Source of the DNA: Thermodesulfobacteriota bacterium
GTDB lineage: Bacteria; Desulfobacterota_D; UBA1144; Nemesobacterales; Mycalebacteriaceae
NCBI GenBank assembly: GCA_965198945.1
Contig: CBDAQI010000001.1
Location: forward strand, 96,001-160,000
Direction: 5' to 3'
DNA length: 64,000 bases
The notes beneath the pieces are model-generated. The model made no database searches, was not told the DNA's origin, and worked only from the letters and a program-made list of their open reading frames with translations. Positions 28,176-37,540 of the stretch are shown piece by piece. The position numbers and the translations under genes are program-made. Each line of letters begins with the position of its first letter. Within the stretch, counting starts at the first letter, position 1.

Positions 28176-29319
28176 GATGTCACTTAACTTTGAGTTTAAC
28201 GAAGAGCAGAAACTTTTTCAGGAAACTCTGGTGGATTTTTGCGCCAATGAGATAGAACCCCTGGTTGAGGAACACGAAAAAGAGGAAAAATTCCCCGGCC
28301 AGATATTTCCGTTGCTCGGAGAAATGGGTTTTCTGGGAATTATGTATCCCGAAGAATACGGCGGGGTCGGCATGGACAAAATCACCGACTGCATTTTTGC
28401 CGAAGAGATGGGAAAAGTCTGGTCTGCGGCGGCGATGGCGGTGAACGCCCATATCGGGCTTGCGTGTTTCCCGATTTACAAATTCGGAACCGAAGAGCAA
28501 AAACAGAAATATCTGGTGCCCGGGCTCAAAGGAGAAAAAATAGGCTCTCTCGGGCTGACTGAACCATGGGCCGGTTCGGATGCCCGGAGCATCAGAACCC
28601 AGGCGGTAAAACAGGGCGGCAAATACATAATTAACGGCACAAAAACATGGATAACAAACGGAAGCATGGCGGACTTTTCCGTTGTCGCCGCCTATACGGA
28701 CAAAACGAAAAAGGGAGAAGGCATAAGCATATTTATTATTGAGAAAGATTTTCCGGGCTTCAGCGTAAGCGGGAAAATCCATAAACTCGGACACCGTGCG
28801 GCGGACACTTCCGAGCTGATTTTTGAGAACTGCGAGGTTCCCGAAGAAAATCTTCTTGTGGGGGAAGGCGGCTTCGGTTCCGCCATGGAAACCTTGCTCG
28901 GCGCCCGCATAACACACGCCGCCAAATCGGTGGGTCTGGCGCAGGCGGCTTTTGAATATGCGCTTCAGTATTCAAAAGAGAGGGAAACGTTCGGCAAACC
29001 CATATCCAAACATCAGGAAATTTCGTCCAAGCTCGCCACAATGGCTGTAAAGATAGAAGCGGCGCGCAACATAGTCTATAAAGCAGCCTGGCTTTACGGC
29101 AACAACAAGCCCGCACTCAAAGAGGCTTCCATGGCAAAGCTGTATTCGGCCGAAACCGTGCAGTGGGTTGCAACCGAGGCCATTCAGGTGCTCGGCGGGT
29201 ATGGTTACAGTGTGGAATACAAAGCCGAGCGTTTTTTCCGTGACGCGCGGCTCTCATCAATAACCGAAGGAACTTCGGAGATTCAGCGCCTAGTAATTGC
29301 CCGTGAAATAGGCTGCTGA
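28168..29319 (+). CDS. Acyl-CoA dehydrogenase
   Basis: LTEPWAGSD, NGTKTWITNG, QVLGGYG, EGTSEIQ. Confidence 0.95.
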   Translation: MNKMSLNFEFNEEQKLFQETLVDFCANEIEPLVEEHEKEEKFPGQIFPLLGEMGFLGIMYPEEYGGVGMDKITDCIFAEEMGKVWSAAAMAVNAHIGLACFPIYKFGTEEQKQKYLVPGLKGEKIGSLGLTEPWAGSDARSIRTQAVKQGGKYIINGTKTWITNGSMADFSVVAAYTDKTKKGEGISIFIIEKDFPGFSVSGKIHKLGHRAADTSELIFENCEVPEENLLVGEGGFGSAMETLLGARITHAAKSVGLAQAAFEYALQYSKERETFGKPISKHQEISSKLATMAVKIEAARNIVYKAAWLYGNNKPALKEASMAKLYSAETVQWVATEAIQVLGGYGYSVEYKAERFFRDARLSSITEGTSEIQRLVIAREIGC

Positions 29320-29417
29320 AGTTTTTTCTTCAACAAGAATTTTTTCAAAAACTGTTGACTTCACCTCCCTGTTTCTGTTAAAAGAATGAAAAGCTTACTT
29401 AAGGAGGTAAGGAGAAA

Positions 29418-29948
29418 ATGGTAGCAATTGAACAGCTGTTTGGTTTCGTCCATGTGCTTGTGGGGTTTGTATTCTTTGCAAACGGTATGACTCTGCTTGG
29501 CAAGACGGGCGGAAAGGAAGTCGGGGTTCTGAACCTCGGTGTTGCGGTTCTTATCACGCTCGCGGCCTGGGAGTTATACTCCATTAGCGGTGCGCTTGGC
29601 TATGCGACAGCTCTTGTCTGTGTGTTCGCACTCATATATTTGCTTGTCTATGCGGTTTTTGTTCACGGGCATGACGCCAAGGGACTTGGCTGGTATTGTC
29701 TGTTCGCAACAATTGTTTTTGTATGGTATGCGAACTTTTTCATGGGCGCCGGCCTTATGATGTTCGCTCTTTTCTGTCTGGCATGGGGACTGCTTACTCT
29801 GCTTTGCTTCTTTGCCTTTGCCCAGGGGAAAAATCTTGGAACGACAATAGGTTACTTATTCGTAATTGAAGCGTTTGTGACCCTTTTGATTCCGGGAATG
29901 ATGCTCCTCACGGAAACATGGCAGCCGCTTGGCGGGGTGCCCGGATAA
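29418..29948 (+). CDS. AmiS/UreI-family amide/urea channel
   Basis: Six TM segments; VGFVFFANG, KEVGVLN, GLGWYCLF, WGLL. Confidence 0.8.
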   Translation: MVAIEQLFGFVHVLVGFVFFANGMTLLGKTGGKEVGVLNLGVAVLITLAAWELYSISGALGYATALVCVFALIYLLVYAVFVHGHDAKGLGWYCLFATIVFVWYANFFMGAGLMMFALFCLAWGLLTLLCFFAFAQGKNLGTTIGYLFVIEAFVTLLIPGMMLLTETWQPLGGVPG

Positions 29949-29973
29949 GCAGCGCTTTTACCGGAAAATAAAT

Positions 29974-30008
29974 AAAAAGGAAGCCTTCTTAAAAGGCTTC
30001 CTTTTTTT
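29974..30008 (+). terminator. Rho-independent terminator
   Basis: AAAAAGGAAGCCTT-CTTAA-AAGGCTTCCTTTTTTT. Confidence 0.88.
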
Positions 30009-30046
30009 GCACCGGCCGGGTTGCAGGTGTGATATAATTCCATCAG

Positions 30047-30676
30047 ATGGCAATCAAAGTAAAAGTCGTACGTCAGCCCGAGCTCAGTTTTTTTGAACGT
30101 CTGCATTTTCCACAGATACTGACCGGTCTTTTTATAACTCTGAGAAGCCTTTTCCGCTCAAAAATAACCGTCAATTATCCCGATGAAATAAAAGAACTGC
30201 CTCCAAACTACAGGGGGCTTCACGAAATGCCGGCTGACGATGAAGGCGAAATAAGGTGTGTCGCCTGTAAACTGTGTGAAGTTGCATGTCCGACTCAGGC
30301 TATTTCAATAGTCAGCGAGCCGGCGGATGACTATGGTGTGGAGAGAAGACCGAGTGTTTATAACATAGATTTTATGCGCTGCGTTTTCTGTGGTTTTTGC
30401 GTTGAAGCCTGTCCCTGTGACGCTTTGAGAATGGGGATGAAATATGAGCTTTCCTCATATAACAGAGCGGGCCTTGTTCATACAAAAGAGGTTTTTTTCA
30501 ACCCGAACCTCAAAAGTGACGCGCCGAGAGACAACGCAAACTTTCTCTACCAATGCATGAGGGGCGACATACTTGATGATTCAAGCGAGGTTGAAAAGGT
30601 GCATGGTCTGGACGGTTCCTACCGCCCGTCTGGATCCGGAGAATCCTCCGGCGGTGAAAGCTCATCTATTTCCTGA
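30047..30676 (+). CDS. nuoI: NADH-quinone oxidoreductase subunit I
   Basis: CVACKLCEVACP and CVFCGFCVEACP; TVNYP, YRGLH. Confidence 0.92.
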   Translation: MAIKVKVVRQPELSFFERLHFPQILTGLFITLRSLFRSKITVNYPDEIKELPPNYRGLHEMPADDEGEIRCVACKLCEVACPTQAISIVSEPADDYGVERRPSVYNIDFMRCVFCGFCVEACPCDALRMGMKYELSSYNRAGLVHTKEVFFNPNLKSDAPRDNANFLYQCMRGDILDDSSEVEKVHGLDGSYRPSGSGESSGGESSSIS

Positions 30677-32460
30677 TAACCGCCTCTGTTTCTCAAACTC
30701 AAAATTCCCGAAAGAAGCGGCTTGAGCTGGGTTCTTTCAACTGATGTGTGTATTCCGCCCTTTTTCAGGTAGAAACCGGGTGTCATGGTTTCAGGTTTTA
30801 CTCCCCTTCCGCCGCTGGTGAGCTTCACAACCCTGTCTCCGGCAAACGCTATTATGGATTTTTTCTCGGCGATTATGAAATCACCCTGAACGGCGTAGCT
30901 TGCAAGAGCTCCGCCGGTTGTGGGATGGGCGAGAACGGATATGTATGAAAGACCGGACTCTTTCAGCTTCAGTATTGCGGAGATGGTTTTTGCCATCTGA
31001 TAAAGGGCGACGGTTCCCTCCTGCATTCTGGCTCCCCCGCTTGCCGTTACCGAAATAAGATCAAGCTCATTTTGTATGCAGTAATCGGTAATTATCCGCA
31101 TTTTTTCGCCGAAAACCGCGCTCATGGAGCCGCCCATAAAACGGAAATCACAGATTGCAACCCCGACCGGGCGGCCGAATATCGCTCCGTATCCTACGAC
31201 AAGCGAGTCTCTGGAGTTGGTCTTGCCGGCCATTTTCTTTCTCGTGTTTGAATAGTCCGCTATGTTGAATTCGGGCGATATGCTTTCAATTGTCAAGTCG
31301 GGACTGATCTCGCGGAAGGTCTCTTCATCAAAAAGAAACTCAATGTAATCATCCGAACCGAGCGATTCGGGCTTGTTGCAGTAAGGGCATGAAAAAAGAT
31401 TCGCCTCAACTTCCTCTCTTGTGTAACGGTTGCGGCATCCGGCGCGGACTATGTTTCCTTCCGAATCTTTCTCGTCGTTACAGAAAAACGGCTCCGCTCC
31501 GTAAATGGCGGTCTGAATTGCCGACACTTCGGGCGTTTTCGGGGTTGAAAGCCGGGACTTCAAAAGAGATTTGATTTTTCTCGTTATGACATTATAGAAG
31601 CCGGATTTTCTCTCCATTTGTCCGCACATGTTTATTTTGTCGCGCAGACCGCTTTTCAGTTCCTCAATGTCTTCACCCTCAATCTCCTCAATTGCTTCGG
31701 CGAGCTTTTTCTCTATTCTTTTCACCGTTTCCTTTTCATAGTTTTTGTTTCCGATTTTCGGTTCCTTGATTATGTGGTCAATGATATTGTATTTCAGCAT
31801 ATAGTCGGCCGTCGGCTGCAGCACCTCAAGGGCTTCGGCAACCTTATCGGGGCTTCTGAAAAGTATCGCCGAACATCCCTCGGGCGCGATGACGGAGAAC
31901 TCCGCTCTTGAAAGCATAAGTCTCCGGTGCGCCAGTTGAAGAGCTATGGCCCCTCCGCTTCCCCCGAGCCCTATGATTGTTGAAACCGAACGGGTTTTCA
32001 AAGATAGCATCTTTGCCTGGCATTCGGAGATCAGCCATGACTGCAGTTTTTCCGCAGAATACTCGTAGGGATCCCCGCCTACGGTATCTATGAAAGTGTT
32101 CAGGACAAGTCCTTTCTCCTCGGCATATTTCATCATGCTGATTGAAATCGCGTATCCGTCCGCTTTGACCATTCCGAAATTCATCGCCGTCCGTTCCTCT
32201 TCGCTTGAGGGGGTTTGTTGGGCAATGACGGCAACCTGTCTGCCGTTTTTCTTTAGGGTGCCAACACCGGCAATAATGGCCGGGTCGTCTTGAATCTCCA
32301 CTTTTCTTCCGGTGGGCGTTTGAAAATATGTCTGAAAATCTTCCAGTTTGCTCCAGTGAGTAAAGTCTGAGTAGAGAAGCTCGACAATAGGGCGGGCTTT
32401 GATCCTTTTGTAGGATTTGGCTTCTTCGTGCGCCTCAACAGCTTTGGATTTGTTTGGCAT
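30619..32460 (-). CDS. Fused acyl-CoA carboxylase carboxyltransferase (AccA-like N-half, AccD-like C-half)
   Basis: N-half DDPAIIAG, NFGM, FIDT, GGSGGA, SVIAPEGCSAIL; C-half Zn-finger Cys, DFRFMGGSM, SGGARMQEG, PTTGG, FAGDRV. Confidence 0.85.
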   Translation of the reverse strand: MPNKSKAVEAHEEAKSYKRIKARPIVELLYSDFTHWSKLEDFQTYFQTPTGRKVEIQDDPAIIAGVGTLKKNGRQVAVIAQQTPSSEEERTAMNFGMVKADGYAISISMMKYAEEKGLVLNTFIDTVGGDPYEYSAEKLQSWLISECQAKMLSLKTRSVSTIIGLGGSGGAIALQLAHRRLMLSRAEFSVIAPEGCSAILFRSPDKVAEALEVLQPTADYMLKYNIIDHIIKEPKIGNKNYEKETVKRIEKKLAEAIEEIEGEDIEELKSGLRDKINMCGQMERKSGFYNVITRKIKSLLKSRLSTPKTPEVSAIQTAIYGAEPFFCNDEKDSEGNIVRAGCRNRYTREEVEANLFSCPYCNKPESLGSDDYIEFLFDEETFREISPDLTIESISPEFNIADYSNTRKKMAGKTNSRDSLVVGYGAIFGRPVGVAICDFRFMGGSMSAVFGEKMRIITDYCIQNELDLISVTASGGARMQEGTVALYQMAKTISAILKLKESGLSYISVLAHPTTGGALASYAVQGDFIIAEKKSIIAFAGDRVVKLTSGGRGVKPETMTPGFYLKKGGIHTSVERTQLKPLLSGILSLRNRGGYQEIDELSPPEDSPDPDGR

Positions 32461-32519
32461 ATCGGCCCCCGGTTCATATCTGCTCAATTCGTGTGCAGAT
32501 ATAAGTCTGCGGTGGAGAT

Positions 32520-32849
32520 TTAGACGTTAAAAGACTGCCCGCAACCGCACGAGCCTTTGGAATTGGGGTTGCTTATTGAAAATCCGGTCCCGTTCAGTCC
32601 GCCCCGGTAGTCAAGGCTCCCGCCCTCAAGGTATTGAAAACTGATACCGTCAATGACGACCTTCACCCCTTCTTCTTCAAAAATCTTGTCCGACCCTTCA
32701 AGCTCATCATCAAAACCCATTTCGTAGGAAAATCCCGAACAGCCGCCCGGAACCACCCGAACTCTGAGAAAACCGTCCGGCATGTCTTCTGTGGAGAGAA
32801 GTTTTTTTATTTCATCAGCAGCCTGTTTTGTTACCCCGAACATCGCCAT
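32520..32849 (-). CDS. A-type Fe-S carrier (IscA/ErpA/HesB)
   Basis: GGCSGFSY, NPN...CGCGQSF; GGAGG RBS. Confidence 0.95.
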   Translation of the reverse strand: MAMFGVTKQAADEIKKLLSTEDMPDGFLRVRVVPGGCSGFSYEMGFDDELEGSDKIFEEEGVKVVIDGISFQYLEGGSLDYRGGLNGTGFSISNPNSKGSCGCGQSFNV

Positions 32850-32948
32850 TAAACCTCCAATCTGACTTGAGCAGACACTGGAATTATATATCAGCAAGCA
32901 TTCCAAGACAACCGCCAAAGACTTCAGTTAGCCGGTATATTTGATTGG

Positions 32949-34073
32949 ATGAAAAGCGGAAAAACATTTCTGATAATTGATTCAACCGAAAACAATTCCG
33001 ACCTTCTCTACGCAACGGGAGGCTTATCGGTTCCCGACCCGGTTGTTTTTATCATGCACCGGGAAGAGCGGATTCTTGTACTGAGCGATCTTGAGATCGG
33101 GCGCGGCAGAAAGGAGGCCTCGGTTTCCACAGTTCTCTCTCTGTCTGAATATACGGCAAAACTTCGCCGTAAGAGAGGTTATTCGCTCGCGGATGTCGCG
33201 CTGCTTATTCTCAGAGAAAGGGGTGTTTCTCGCGTGGAGGTGCAGAAAACTTTTCCCGTCGCTTTTGCGGATGTTTTAAGGAAACAGGGCGTCAAAATTT
33301 CCTGCTGTGCGGGACCGATGCTTTTTGAGCAGAGAAAGAAAAAGACCCCCGGTGAAGTGACTCTGATACGCAAGGCGCTAAAAGACACCGCTTCGGCGAT
33401 GAAAACGGCGACTGATATGATATTCGGCGCCGAGGCGGGGAAAAACGGGGTTCTGTTTTCAGGCGGCAAACCGCTGACTTCCGAGAGAATAAAGCGCGCC
33501 ATACACACCCGACTCGCGGGCGCGGGATACTGCGTTTCGGGAACCATAGTTGCCTGCGGGGAACATTCGGCGATGCCTCACCATTCGGGAGAAGGCCCTG
33601 TTTTTGCCAACCGTCCGGTTGTGATTGACATATTTCCGAGGTCAGAGGAGGGATATTTCGGTGATATGACGAGGACTGTAATTAAAGGCCGACCGTCTCC
33701 GGTTCTCGCGCGCATGTATAAAACTGTCTTGAGGGGACAGAAAATTGCCATTGATATGATCAGACACGGCGTGAAAAGTTCTGATGTTCACGGAGCGGTT
33801 TTGAGTTTTTTTGATTCCGAGGGTTTTGAGACACGGAGCGGTGAAAATCCAAGCGGTTTTATACACTCAACCGGTCACGGCCTCGGAATGGGTCTTCACG
33901 AACCCCCGGGCATAGGGCTCGCGGAAACGGTTCTTGAAGAGGGCAATGTTGTGACCGTTGAGCCGGGGCTTTACTATGAGGAAATAGGGGGAATACGGAT
34001 AGAGGACGTTGTTTTTATAACTCAAAAAGGCTGTGTAAACCTGACGCGATGCTCCAAAGTTTTCTCACGTTGA
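32949..34073 (+). CDS. Xaa-Pro aminopeptidase (M24)
   Basis: GDMTRT, HSTGHGLG..LHE, TVEPGLY, GIRIED. Confidence 0.92.
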   Translation: MKSGKTFLIIDSTENNSDLLYATGGLSVPDPVVFIMHREERILVLSDLEIGRGRKEASVSTVLSLSEYTAKLRRKRGYSLADVALLILRERGVSRVEVQKTFPVAFADVLRKQGVKISCCAGPMLFEQRKKKTPGEVTLIRKALKDTASAMKTATDMIFGAEAGKNGVLFSGGKPLTSERIKRAIHTRLAGAGYCVSGTIVACGEHSAMPHHSGEGPVFANRPVVIDIFPRSEEGYFGDMTRTVIKGRPSPVLARMYKTVLRGQKIAIDMIRHGVKSSDVHGAVLSFFDSEGFETRSGENPSGFIHSTGHGLGMGLHEPPGIGLAETVLEEGNVVTVEPGLYYEEIGGIRIEDVVFITQKGCVNLTRCSKVFSR

Positions 34074-34081
34074 AGCACGCT

Positions 34082-35298
34082 TTACGGTTGCGAAACGCCG
34101 GGAGTGATAAAAGTCTTCATAATTTCCCATCCGCGTTCAAACATTTTTCCCGTCTCCATGGCACATGTTTCCGAATAAGTCCGTCCGGGATTTGAGGTTT
34201 TGTTTTCAGAGTCGTAAATGGCGAACGGAACAGGGTCTCTTGAGTGTGTTCTGAGAGATATGGAGGTCGGGTGGTCTGACGTTATGAGGATTTTGAAATT
34301 CCCGAATCTTTCCATTCCCCGCAGAGCCGGACCCGCGACCCTGCGGTCAAAATCCTCCACCGCCCGCACTTTAAGGTGCGTTTTTCCCGTATGTCCGGTC
34401 TCGTCCGTTGCTTCTATGTGAATCATCACAAGGTCTTTTGTTTCAAGAGATTTCAGGGCGTATTCAACCTTTCCTTCATAGTTTGTGTCCAGATAGCCCG
34501 TTGCTCCGGGCACATCTATGACTTCCATCGCGGCGCATTTTCCGATGCCTCTTACCAGATCAACGGCCGATATAACCGCTCCGCTGACACCGTAGACTTT
34601 TTCAAAAGACGGGAGCGCAGGCGGAGTTCCCTCTCCCCAGAGCCAGATGCCGCTCGCGGGCGGCTGACCGTTTTTCGCCCTTTCTTTGTTGACGGGATGG
34701 TTTTTTAAGATGGTCTTTGCATCGCTCATAATTTTTATAAGCAGGTCCGCCCCCTCGCCTTTCGGAAGAAAACCTCCAATCTCTTTGCCCAGAATGTCGT
34801 GCGGCGGTGTGGATGAAACTGAAATTTTGCGGTTTTTTATTATCAACAGGTGTCTGTAGCTTACTCCCGCAAAAAACTCCGCTTCATCTTTTTTTAATTG
34901 TGCTGCAATGTCTTTGATAATTTCCCTTGCCTGGTCAGTCGGAATATGTCCCGCACTGTAGTCTTCCATCACGGCTTTTTCGCCCTCTCCGCTGAGTGTT
35001 ACCAGGTTGCATCTGCAGGTCATGTCCGTTTTTTGAGAGAAATTCCCATTCCCGCCGCTTCAAGAGGAGACCTGCCCGTGAAATAAACCAGAGGGTCATA
35101 TCCGAGAACGCTCAAGTTTCCGACATCACTACCCGGCGGAAGCGAGTCCGGGATGTGTTTTGTGACGCCGAATTCAGCGGCTTGCCGGGCCATCGTGTCA
35201 AGACAGGGAGTCTCCGCCGCTTCAAGAGGGGTCTTGCCGCCTATCTCCGCAAGCGGTCTGTCCGGCATTCCGTCGGCTTGGAGTATCAGATATTTCAA
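34082..35298 (-). CDS. apgM: Cofactor-independent phosphoglycerate mutase (ApgM-like), split by a 1-nt frameshift near 35030
   Basis: DGMPD, GKTPLE, PGSDVGN in 35020-35298; SAVDL, DETGH, TSDHPT in 34082-35023; break lies in an A6 run. Confidence 0.85.
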
Positions 35299-35301
35299 GG
35301 C

Positions 35302-36285
35302 CTATAAGGCGCAGTTCACGCCATTCTCCGTGCCCGCTAGAGTATTTTCTTTTTTCCCCTTTTCAAGTTTGAGCGCCTGCTTCTCGGCATGGTAGGAACT
35401 GCGCACCAGAGGTCCTGCTTCAATGTGGGGAATTCCGACTATTTTCTCCCCGTAATCTTTCAGAGATTCAAATTCCACTGGATGGTAAAAGCGCGATACG
35501 GGAATGTGGTCATGAGTGGGCTGCAGATACTGTCCTATCGTAACTATGTCGCATCCGGCAGCCCGCAGGTCTTTGAGCGTAAGTGTTATCTCTTCAAATG
35601 TTTCTCCGAGCCCGACCATTATTCCGGACTTTGTGAGCATTGTGCTTTCCCCCTCGCATGAGGAGGTTTGCAGAACTTCAAGCGAGCGTTCGTAAACAGC
35701 CTGCGGGCGGACGGAACGGAGCTTGCCCGACCGGGTCTTCTGCGGAAGGGAATAGAGTCTCGGCACCGTTTCAATGTTGTGGTTCAGAACATCCGGCTCT
35801 TCGGCCAGAACTGTCCGCAGGGCTTCGCGGCTTCCTTTGAAATCGGGGATAAGACATTCTATTTTGACCGAAGGCGCAGCCCGCCTGATTTCTTTTATTG
35901 TCAGAGCGAAAATCTCCGCGCTTTGCAGATTTTTGTCGTCCCTGTTGACCGATGTTACCACGATATGTGAGATGAGTGAATTGTGTTTGAGAAGGCTTTT
36001 TACCGCTTCGGCTATTCTTGCGGGCTCATCCCAGTCAAGCTCGCCGCCTCTTCCCGTTTTTACATGGCAGAATCCGCAGCTTCTCGTGCAGACATCGCCC
36101 ATTATCATGAAGGTGAGGGTTCCGGCACTCCAGCACTCGCCTATGTTCGGACACCTGGCTTCTTCGCACACAGTGTGAAGCCCCATTTCCCCTACAAGAT
36201 TTTTAAGGCGTTTGTAGTTTTCGCCCGAAGGGAGCTTCGCCTTTAGCCAGGAAGGTTTTGCTGCTTTGATTTTGCTGGTCGGCAT
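35302..36285 (-). CDS. lipA: Lipoyl synthase
   Basis: CEEARCPNIGEC, CTRSCGFC, VRSSYHA. Confidence 0.97.
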   Translation of the reverse strand: MPTSKIKAAKPSWLKAKLPSGENYKRLKNLVGEMGLHTVCEEARCPNIGECWSAGTLTFMIMGDVCTRSCGFCHVKTGRGGELDWDEPARIAEAVKSLLKHNSLISHIVVTSVNRDDKNLQSAEIFALTIKEIRRAAPSVKIECLIPDFKGSREALRTVLAEEPDVLNHNIETVPRLYSLPQKTRSGKLRSVRPQAVYERSLEVLQTSSCEGESTMLTKSGIMVGLGETFEEITLTLKDLRAAGCDIVTIGQYLQPTHDHIPVSRFYHPVEFESLKDYGEKIVGIPHIEAGPLVRSSYHAEKQALKLEKGKKENTLAGTENGVNCAL

Positions 36286-36304
36286 CGGCGGAAGGTTTTA
36301 CTCT

Positions 36305-36586
36305 TTATTCATCTTCTGATATTTTGCTTTCCAGACTGCTGATTTTTCTGTTTTTTCTTATCAGCTCAATCCAGTTCAGCGAGGAGTGTATCAGAGCAAA
36401 AATCATTCCCAGCAAAAAGACTGAAGCGAGCGCGATTCCGTTTTTCGTGTGCACGGCAGTGGCTTCGTACACAAAAGCGTCAAAATTTATAACCAGATCC
36501 CCATGCATAAACTCTTTGTTTCCCAGATACAGGAGCACTCCGGCGGCGATAAAAACCAGAGTTAAAACCAACTTCAGGTATTTCAT
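36305..36586 (-). CDS. Small two-TM membrane protein, LapA-like
   Basis: Two hydrophobic helices, conserved-looking N, basic coiled tail; located after rpsA-sppA. Confidence 0.6.
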   Translation of the reverse strand: MKYLKLVLTLVFIAAGVLLYLGNKEFMHGDLVINFDAFVYEATAVHTKNGIALASVFLLGMIFALIHSSLNWIELIRKNRKISSLESKISEDE

Positions 36587-36634
36587 AATTAGCCTCCCCG
36601 ATGGGTCATAATACCATACGGGAAACGCGTTTAA

Positions 36635-37528
36635 TCAAAAATTTTTTATCAGCCCGGACCATTCCGACAGATAATACAGTCCCGACCCCTGCAGCACCGG
36701 CGCCGGCAGATGTCTTTTTAGCAGTTTTGATGAAATCTCCGCGGAGATCAGCCCCGGGAGTCCGAACTCATTTTCCGGCAGTCTTTTCACCGGAGAATTT
36801 TTCGCAATTCCGGCCTTTTCCGCAGCTTTCTCAATGGCGTTCAGCAGAGTTCCCATTTCATCCACCAGACCAAGTTCCATGGCGCTCTGTCCGAGAATCG
36901 CTCTTCCGTCTGAAATATATTTCAGAGTTTCGGTGCTTATGTCCCTGTTTTCCGCCACAGCACTCTTAAACTGCTCAAGTGCATTGTCTATCATCGTCTG
37001 AAAGTATTCCCGGTCTTTTTCGCCGAGAGGCCGCAGGGGTGAACCGGCATCTTTGAATTTTCCCGTTTTTACAATCTCAAAATCCACTTTTGCCCACCGC
37101 AGCAGTTCCCCGTAATTTGCAAAAGTCGCTATGACCCCCACGCTTCCGGTTATGGTTCCGGGATTTGCGAATATATGAGACGCGCCGCAGGAAACATAGT
37201 AGCCGCCCGACGCGGCCATGCTCCCCATGCTTGCAATTACGGGAATTTTGCGTCCCACCCGCTTTATCAGAGAATAGATTTCCTGAGAAGCCGCCACGCT
37301 TCCCCCTGGAGAATCAACCCTGACGACAAGAGCTTTGTATGAGTCGTTTTTTTCTATTTCTCTGATGGCCCGTGTATAAGGCTCCGAATCAAGTATGACT
37401 CCTTCAACATTTAGAACGGCGATTTTGTCGGTTTTTTCACCGACAAAAGCCATGATTGCGCCCACAAGAATGAGCACGGCCACTATGTGGCGGAATTTCA
37501 CCGCCGAAACGATGCTGCGGAGTTTCAA
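36635..37528 (-). CDS. sppA: Signal peptide peptidase SppA (36K type)
   Basis: VDSPGGS, AASGGYY, TGSVGV, GKFKD. Confidence 0.93.
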   Translation of the reverse strand: MKLRSIVSAVKFRHIVAVLILVGAIMAFVGEKTDKIAVLNVEGVILDSEPYTRAIREIEKNDSYKALVVRVDSPGGSVAASQEIYSLIKRVGRKIPVIASMGSMAASGGYYVSCGASHIFANPGTITGSVGVIATFANYGELLRWAKVDFEIVKTGKFKDAGSPLRPLGEKDREYFQTMIDNALEQFKSAVAENRDISTETLKYISDGRAILGQSAMELGLVDEMGTLLNAIEKAAEKAGIAKNSPVKRLPENEFGLPGLISAEISSKLLKRHLPAPVLQGSGLYYLSEWSGLIKNF

Positions 37529-37540
37529 TTTCCGGAATCC

